Part shown: positions 1 to 5,276 of the stretch, one piece after another
Layout: the number at the start of each line of letters is the position of its first letter
Numbering within the stretch: the stretch's first letter is position 1
Assembly (NCBI GenBank): GCA_051294375.1
Contig: JBJCIZ010001230.1
Location: 1 to 5,276 of the forward strand
Length of the DNA: 5,276 nucleotides
From: Paraspadella gotoi
Taxonomy: Eukaryota; Animalia; Chaetognatha
Direction: 5' to 3'
Made by a program: the position numbers and the translations under genes
Notes under the pieces: generated by a model
Database searches by the model: none
What the model was told of the DNA's origin: nothing
Seen by the model: the letters and a program-made list of their open reading frames with translations, nothing else

Positions 1-325
1 GGGTAGCGAGGCTGTATGAAATTTTCTGCTGTCCACCATACTATGGCTTCAATGTGGGGCCGGTCTTATCACCGAGAAAAGAGTAAACAAAAGATACGTG
101 CAATTCATCATGTAAATAACATTTCGCCAATTTAATCTATTGCAACTGTATTCTGCAACATTTAATACAATTTTTTTTTTGTAACACATTTTTAATTAAA
201 CAATTGTATTCCTTAAATAAGTTTTAAAAAACAACATTGAAAATTTATCAATTGTAACGAAATACATTAAAGTTTCTTGTCAGAATAATAAAACAAAATT
301 TATTAGTCCACATTTAGTAAATTGT

Positions 326-1380
326 TTATGATGTCTCAACAAAAAGAAGATAATTTGCATCCATGGCCTCGGCATTTGCAGAAGCAGAGCGGCGAGCAGC
401 CAAACGGGTAAGAGGCGGTCCGCAGGTGGGCATGGCACGGTGGTCTCATGTTCTCATCTTGCAACCAATTTGATGAGACTCTCTCGGGATAGACTTGAAT
501 GAATGAGATGATCTCCAGGGAATACTCTGAATTCTCCAGAGACTAGAGAATGGCACTTGAATGAATTCGTAGCTACTTTGGCAACTATTTCCCACGAATC
601 TTGATCCACTTTCCTTTCTCTCACACTCTTTGCCGGCGCCGTCACGCCGCTAGATTGGCAGTTCTCCGTCCGAGTCCAACAGGTTTGCAGATGAATGACA
701 AAAATGGACGTCAGATGAACTTTTTCCAGATAGAATATCTGTACAAGTTGAATTGTAAACTACTCTAGCTTCGCCGACGAGAGAATGAAATGGAAGATGA
801 GGTTCATGTTCTTGTAATTTGAGCATTATTCTCGTAATAGAATTGATGAATCTCTCCACTTTAGACTGACATCTTGACACTTTTGCCAATCCATGTATCA
901 ACTCCACTCCATGTTGACTAAGGATATTGATTGAAGGAGTGTTTGATTTACAAAGAGCATTGTCAGCATGGATGCNNNNNNNNNNNNNNNNNNNNNNNNN
1001 GACCGGGTAAACCAACTCCACTCTTGTCTTATCTTCATTAGACAATCCACTACTTCTTTGTCTTGCGTGAGTTTTGTATGGATATGCCTCATGCAGTATC
1101 GGAGAAGAGGTCACAAGCACAAAAAATGTACGAATGCAAGCATCATTGTGGGAAGGGTCCTGCAAAGTCAATTGCAACGGAGTTTCCTGGCCTCCATGGG
1201 TGTCTGCATCCCTCCTTCATCTCTGGAACCTTTTGGTGATTGTTTGAAAGGCATGATTGCACAATTTCTGATGTATGTTAGAAATCTTCTCATCTCATTC
1301 CATGAATGTTAGTAACTTTTTCCCCAAAGTTTTTAAGCGTTCCGATTTCACTCCAGCATGAGTTGCTGCAGCGATGCACG
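326..1380 (-). pseudogene. pol: Ty3/Gypsy-type retroviral-like integrase (HHCC + rve DDE core + C-terminal SH3-like domain), disrupted by frameshifts and stops
   Basis: Manual translation of the minus strand, stitched across frames. HHCC finger: His 1376-1374, THAGVK (His 1360-1358), YIRNC/QSC (Cys 1263-1261 and 1253-1251). Core: RPGNSVAIDFAGPFP (first Asp 1169-1167), YIFCACDLFS (1130-1101), GLPG[gap]IHADNA (second Asp 964-962) and QSKVER (Glu 856-854), with exactly 35 residues between Asp2 and Glu. These are followed by YNST...GKSSSDVHF and SWEIVAKVATNSFKC...RVFPGDHLI (ORF 454-645), with a probable terminal TAA at 328-326. Confidence 0.92.
976..1000. other. Assembly gap of 25 N
   Basis: Exactly 25 N characters in the sequence. 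Confidence 1.
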
Positions 1381-2200
1381 ATCATCCAACAACAACATGA
1401 TCAAAACCTTGATTGACCGCAGCAAATTTTGTTTCATGAGTACTTACTCAAAAAGACAGATGAAAATTCCATTCTCATACCACAACAAGGGAGAGAAACT
1501 TGATTCTCTCATGCAGTGGGGCATGTCCACACAACGCAGTAGCACTCCCTGATACTGAATTGATATGAAGAGACTGCACGGTGACGAAGGAATGCCAAAG
1601 TCCCATAGAATAAAAGCCAAAGCTTCATGTTTATCTGGCAACTTCCTCTTTTCTATCAAATAATTCAATTTTTCTCACTCACATTCAGCGCCTGTTGCAT
1701 TTTCCAAGATTTTCTGGAGAACTATTTGTCTGCAAAAACTTGAAATCTTCCTTGGTTTAATATGGCCATTTCTACCAACATTGTTTTTCCAAAACACTTT
1801 CTTCTCATCCCCTCAGGATGTGCCTGAAGCCTACTATCTCTTTAATCTGAGGTGAACAATGAGACTTGTCGTCCAATGGGGTCAAAGTAAAGATACCTTT
1901 TCCAGCTTCTTGATGTCAGCCTTTTCTTGGCAACGCCTTCGATCACATACTACTGGTAAGTACGCACTAAATTGAAGAGATGGAAATAGCTCTCTTTTGA
2001 CTATTCCTTCATCTATAAGACTGTCCGATCCCCAAGTCTCATCTGATGCACACGATCTTCAACTTTCGTCCAACCGACTGTCCGATGGAGGAGTAGATGC
2101 CGTATCAGAGTGGAATCACTTTGCCGGGAAAATGCGTCCCACTTCAGTGTCATTTCCAATCCGTAAAGTCGGGTCCCGGCAGACACTTCAGTGGGAGACA
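1381..2200 (-). pseudogene. Probable degraded pol segment upstream of integrase (possible RNase H C-terminus plus acidic linker)
   Basis: Contiguous with the integrase, on the same strand and more GC-rich than the DNA that follows. DAFSRQ (2138-2121) resembles the ADALSR motif that ends Gypsy RNase H. An acidic Ser/Asp stretch follows (SDSRLDES...DETWGSDSLIDEG), then EKLNYLIEKRKLP...QGVLLR/YENGIF, which resembles the pre-zinc-finger region. The motifs are short and the frames are broken. Confidence 0.4.
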
Positions 2201-2592
2201 TTAAGCTAGATCATAGTTAGTCCTCTTTTCTAATTTCAAATAAATCGATTCATCTCATTTTCTGTTCTCCATTTTTATCATCGACCACCTCAACTTGGTT
2301 TCAGCCGCTGGTTCCGAATAAGTTTTTTTTCCTCCAAAGGATTTTACTGTTCTTCGCTACCTAAATTTCTACAAATTAAAGAAAGAAAAATCCCAAAATT
2401 ACGCTTCGCGTCAAATCTTTATCCAATTTTTTTCGTGCTCCGTTCAACAAAAGGACATCGAATTTGAAGTTAGGGGGAGTCTGGTTGTTTTTTTTTCTGA
2501 AGCAAGAAGTTGTAAAAAATTAATTGGCCATAGTTTTCTATAACGAAATTGTTAATTATTAGACCAGGAGAAGTTCGTTGCCAATTCATTAA

Positions 2593-2660
2593 TTTTTAGT
2601 TCGGATCTGCTTATCAGCAGATCCCGACTCTATAACTCACTTTTTCGGTCCGTTCGGTCG
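2593..2660 (+). mobile_element. 5' head of a DINE-1/HINE-like non-autonomous Helentron-associated element (element A)
   Basis: T-run (2593-2597), then a hairpin AGTTCGGATCTGCT-tatc-AGCAGATCCCGACT (2598-2629; 9/9 core, 12/14 overall), then CTATAA and degenerate CGGTCCGTTCGGTC repeats. This is the order known for DINE-1/HINE 5' ends. No 3' end was found. Confidence 0.6.
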
Positions 2661-2734
2661 CCCCCTCAATATTGTCGCACACACTTATTATCATGTCCAG
2701 AACATCGATTATTGAAATTATGCAAAAAAATGAT

Positions 2735-2772
2735 GTCCGTCCGTCCATCTGTCTTCCGTCCGTCCGTCCGTC
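2735..2772 (+). repeat. (GTCC/GTCY)n microsatellite
   Basis: gtccgtccgtccatctgtcttccgtccgtccgtccgtc. Confidence 0.95.
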
Positions 2773-2809
2773 ACGTCCCACCTTAGAAAAACACCAATTA
2801 CTCATGATT

Positions 2810-3720
2810 GAATGAGATGGTATTTAAGAAATTTTGTGTTTGAGGAATAGGTAAGTGTGTGGATTGAGCTGATAATGAAGTTTTCGATGAATCGTCCGAG
2901 TGGAAAAGGTTTAATGGAAAAAACAAAAAAAACATATCACTTTGAACACAATTGCTCATGAGAGTGGGAATTGGGCTGATGACTGAATTTTGCTATGTGG
3001 GTAGGAAAGTGTGTGTGAATTAGAACAGGAAATCAAGTTTCCGATGGAATAGTTTGAGTGGAAATGAGTTTAAAGGGAAAAAACAAAAAACCTTATTACT
3101 AATTAATATGCTTCTTTTCCTTTTATATTAAATGTATATGCAGGATGTATTAATAAATCAAAATAATAATCAGTAATAAATCAATTAGTAAATAAATTAA
3201 ATCAATAATATTAATTAGTCAATCAATCCTCATTCGTCTAATCTTAGCAAAAGCTCCAATTAACTCGTTGATGGCTGTTGAGATTGGAATTAAATTTATT
3301 GTGGGAGTAGAAAGTGTAATTGTGATAAAGACCTGGATATAAAGTTTCGATCGGAATCGTAGTGAGTGAATTAGCTTTAAATGAAAAACATAATCATTAC
3401 TAAAATCTTTTAACTTATTTTAACCAATAAATTCTCTAATTAATCATAATTGGGAATGGTTAGATTGAGTATGAAATTTTTGTGTGGGTAGGGAAAATGT
3501 GTGACGAAGCTTGATATAAAGGTTCAGTGGAAACTACCATGGAAATGAGTTAAATGAAAAAAAATATGAGTCACATTTACTTATCTTTTATTTATTTCTA
3601 ACCCAGATAGATTGAGATGAAATTTTGTGAGCCAGTTAGAAAGTGAGTGAGAAAGAGCTAGATATAAAGTTGACGGAAATGGCAAGTTTGAAAAATATGC
3701 AAGGTTGAAAAAAAATTGAT
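2810..3720 (+). repeat. Degenerate tandem array, ~155-bp monomer, five recognisable copies
   Basis: Recurring motif order gattga..gaaattttg..gtag..aagtgtgtg..gatataaagtttc..gaat..gagtggaaa..gttt(a)aa..gaaaaaa. The gaaatttt-like anchors are at 2828, 2985, 3291, 3473 and 3619 (spacings 157, 306, 182, 146). Confidence 0.85.
3151..3228. repeat. AT-rich low-complexity tract, (TAATAAATCAA)-like
   Basis: Repeated taataaatcaa/aataatcag/taaatcaa words lying inside the tandem array. Confidence 0.75.
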
Positions 3721-3770
3721 GCAAGTTAAAAAATCTTAAAAGCATAAGGATTACTTAATTGCATAAAAAA

Positions 3771-3864
3771 GGAGAGAGAGAGAGAGAAAGAGAGAGGTGA
3801 GAGAAGAGAGTTTGAGAGAGTGAGAGAGAAAACAAAGTGAGAGAGAGAGAGAGAGAGAAGGAGA
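3771..3864 (+). repeat. Imperfect (GA)n microsatellite
   Basis: About 94 bp of GA dinucleotides with interruptions. Confidence 0.97.
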
Positions 3865-3961
3865 CATAAAATTAAAAAAATCTTAAAGACTCAAGATCGA
3901 GCCAGGCCCAAGTCAAAGAATTAATGAAAAAAAACCGGGAAAAACGATTATGAATCATGCC

Positions 3962-4092
3962 GATAACGAATTATTGATGTAATAGTAATTTTGATTAAAG
4001 GTTAAATAACTTATTGATTTGAGTATTTTTTTTTTTGTAATAGTAATTTATAGGTAATAGAATGATTATTGATTCGATGATAACAATTATTG
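3962..4092 (+). repeat. Degenerate ~58-bp AT-rich tandem repeat
   Basis: tgtaatagtaattt at 3978 and 4036 (58 apart); gataac(g)aattattg at 3962 and 4079 (117 apart). Confidence 0.55.
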
Positions 4093-4109
4093 TGGATCGC
4101 GAATGATTA

Positions 4110-4178
4110 GTCATTCACGCTGTGATGATAGGTCATGCACTGATGCGTATGAATTGTCATTCATTGATGCGATGATAG
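4110..4178 (+). repeat. ~23-bp minisatellite, three degenerate copies
   Basis: gtcattcacgctgtgatgatag (4110), gtcatgcactgatgcgtatgaatt (4132), gtcattcattgatgcgatgatag (4156). Confidence 0.7.
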
Positions 4179-4213
4179 TATCAATAAAACAGAAAAATGC
4201 GTGTATGAGTTAA

Positions 4214-4283
4214 AGAGAAGAGAGAGGAGTAGAGAGAGAGAGATGAGAGAAGAGAGAGAGAGGAGAGAGAGAAAGGATAGAGA
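4214..4283 (+). repeat. Imperfect (GA)n microsatellite
   Basis: About 70 bp of GA dinucleotides with interruptions. Confidence 0.95.
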
Positions 4284-4435
4284 ATAAAATCCATGAAAAA
4301 TTCTCGGAATGAAAATTATTTGGGATTCTTGTATTGAAAAAAGCGCGGAATAATGGTTATAATTAAAAAGTTTTACGAAGGAAAAAAATAATCAGGAATT
4401 TTTCAAAAAACAAACCGATCACGCCAAGAGATCGA

Positions 4436-4509
4436 CAGAGGGGACAGACACACACAGAGAGAAAAAGAGAGAGAGAGGACAGCGCTGCAGAGAAAAAGGA
4501 GAGAGAAAG
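4436..4509 (+). repeat. GA/CA-rich low-complexity tract abutting the gag truncation point
   Basis: cagaggggacagacacacacagagagaaaaagagagagagagg...ggagagagaaag. Confidence 0.85.
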
Positions 4510-4515
4510 CGCCCC

Positions 4516-5276
4516 AACTTTGATGGTGGAAACGTCCATCTGCTCCGATGATTGCAAATCGACGCAATTGACGGTCGCGCCTTTAGCGGCGCGATTTTTT
4601 TCGAGGCTATCGGCGTGCCTCGCCACATCGGCTATGTCTCTTCCACCCGGATTATAAGCATCTTCCACGACACGAGCAACACTTTTATCTTTCAGTTTAC
4701 AAATAAAGTCGCAAATGAATTGGTTTTCGTCCCTCCCCAAAGCTTTCACTACATAAGAAAAACGTAAATAAAACTGCATAACCATTTCGTCTTTAGTTTG
4801 TTTCATTGTATGATATTTACTAAGACAACTATTTTGAAAATTAGGGAATAGGTGACCTCTCAGTGACAAAACTTATTCATGCACAGAACTTACGGGTGTG
4901 AGAGATAAATGTTGCATAATAATGTCATCATCAGAATGAGCCACAACAATTGCGATTTGCGTCGCCAAAGACTCACTTGGGAAAAACATGCCAATCTCCT
5001 GCTGGATGATGGACTCCTTCTGCAGGAAAGTAAACGTGTCGTCTGGAGGGGGAACGGGTAAGGAAGTAGGCGGGCAATGGAAAATAGACGGGAAAGTGGG
5101 GAGAGATGGAAAAGTGGAGGACGGAAAAAACGAGATGGTAGGAGAAGGCTTGGGCAAGGAAAAAGGGACAGAAGTCATGGGCGGGATCGGGCAGATGCCC
5201 GATGGAAAAAGCACGTCTCCCGATGCCACAGATGCTGACGAAGTCGTCGTTGGTCGGGTGATGACGATGCTATCCC
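4516..5276 (-). pseudogene. gag: Ty3/Gypsy-type gag (capsid-like) fragment, 5' end outside the window, truncated before the zinc knuckle
   Basis: ORFs 4873-5229 and 4363-4869 are in the same frame, separated by one TAA (4875-4873), and the frame is open to the window edge. It contains the MHR-like QTKDEMVMQFYLRF (4800-4759), FICKLKD (cf. FIxGL), DIADVARHADSLE (cf. TLxEAIxxAxxxE) and QMDVS (cf. PMEVD). After about 4516 the ORF runs into CT microsatellite. Confidence 0.82.

Larger units (their letters stand above)
2685..3745 (+). mobile_element. DINE-1/HINE-like element B with GTCY microsatellite and internal tandem array
   Basis: Starts at TT with an imperfect hairpin ATC-ATGT-ccaga-ACATCGAT (2690-2709), then (GTCC)n at 2735-2772, then a ~155-bp tandem array. 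The right boundary is approximate because no 3' subTIR or hairpin was recognised. Confidence 0.6.
326..5276 (-). mobile_element. Disrupted Ty3/Gypsy LTR retrotransposon (gag ... integrase), or two adjacent remnants
   Basis: gag and integrase remnants are co-oriented and in the expected order. No LTR, PBS, PPT, protease or RT motif was identified in the window, so origin from a single element is an inference. Confidence 0.55.

Noticed and set aside
1-325. 3' LTR and polypurine tract downstream of integrase
   Set aside because: No purine tract followed by TG was found on the minus strand, and there is no second LTR copy to compare. The sequence is only AT-rich and UTR-like.
326-1380. Ginger/GIN DNA transposon or Polinton integrase
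   Set aside because: Not excluded, but less likely: no TIRs or Polinton genes are seen, and a co-oriented gag lies upstream.
968-1552. Plus-strand ORFs 968-1312 and 1358-1552
   Set aside because: They are antisense shadows of the integrase remnant with no recognisable motifs, and one spans the N gap.
1690-1740. FLQTNSSPENLG on the minus strand, resembling the RNase H start FxLQTDAS
   Set aside because: The catalytic Asp is absent, the downstream RNase H motifs are not convincing, and the position conflicts with the DAFSR motif upstream.
2030-2110. Possible hammerhead ribozyme (GACGAAA and CAGATGA/CTGATAC on the minus strand)
   Set aside because: There is no exact CUGANGA core, and the stems do not pair as required.
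1997-2209. ORFs 1997-2209 (+) and 2013-2201 (-) as standalone genes; GTGGGAGAC as a 5S rRNA box
   Set aside because: The ORFs are short with no domain signal. The 5S resemblance is only about 8 nt, with no other 5S features.
2614-2805. Minus-strand 63-aa ORF containing DGRTDGR
   Set aside because: It is a translation of the GTCC microsatellite.
2810-3720. CRISPR-like array
   Set aside because: The units are long, degenerate along their whole length and lack identical short repeats with unique spacers. The context is eukaryotic and has no cas genes.
4363-4767. Hydrophobic C-terminus of ORF 4363-4869 as a transmembrane/env segment; ORFs 4419-4628 and 4552-4767
   Set aside because: The hydrophobic tail is read-through into CT/GT microsatellite. 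The other two ORFs are alternative-frame or antisense shadows of gag.

Overview
This is AT-rich, eukaryotic-looking repetitive DNA, probably from an invertebrate animal (inference). I found no intact host gene. The minus strand carries two remnants of a Ty3/Gypsy-type LTR retrotransposon. One is a near-intact gag fragment (4516 to the window end, one in-frame stop) with a Pro/Ser/Thr-rich N-part and a capsid major-homology-like motif. The other is a heavily frameshifted pol 3' part (about 326-2200) in which the integrase HHCC finger, a D-D35-E core and an SH3-like C-terminus can be rebuilt by hand. No protease or RT motifs were found. Between gag and pol lie about 2.3 kb of non-coding DNA: two DINE-1/HINE-like (Helentron-associated) element heads (hairpin plus GTCY repeats), a degenerate ~155-bp tandem array, short minisatellites and three (GA)n tracts. 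A 25-N gap sits in the integrase core and appears to have true length zero. I see no solid evidence of a new biological system. The most noteworthy items are the divergent integrase motifs, the nested HINE-like heads with an internal satellite array, and an interleaved inverted-repeat structure at 2122-2196.
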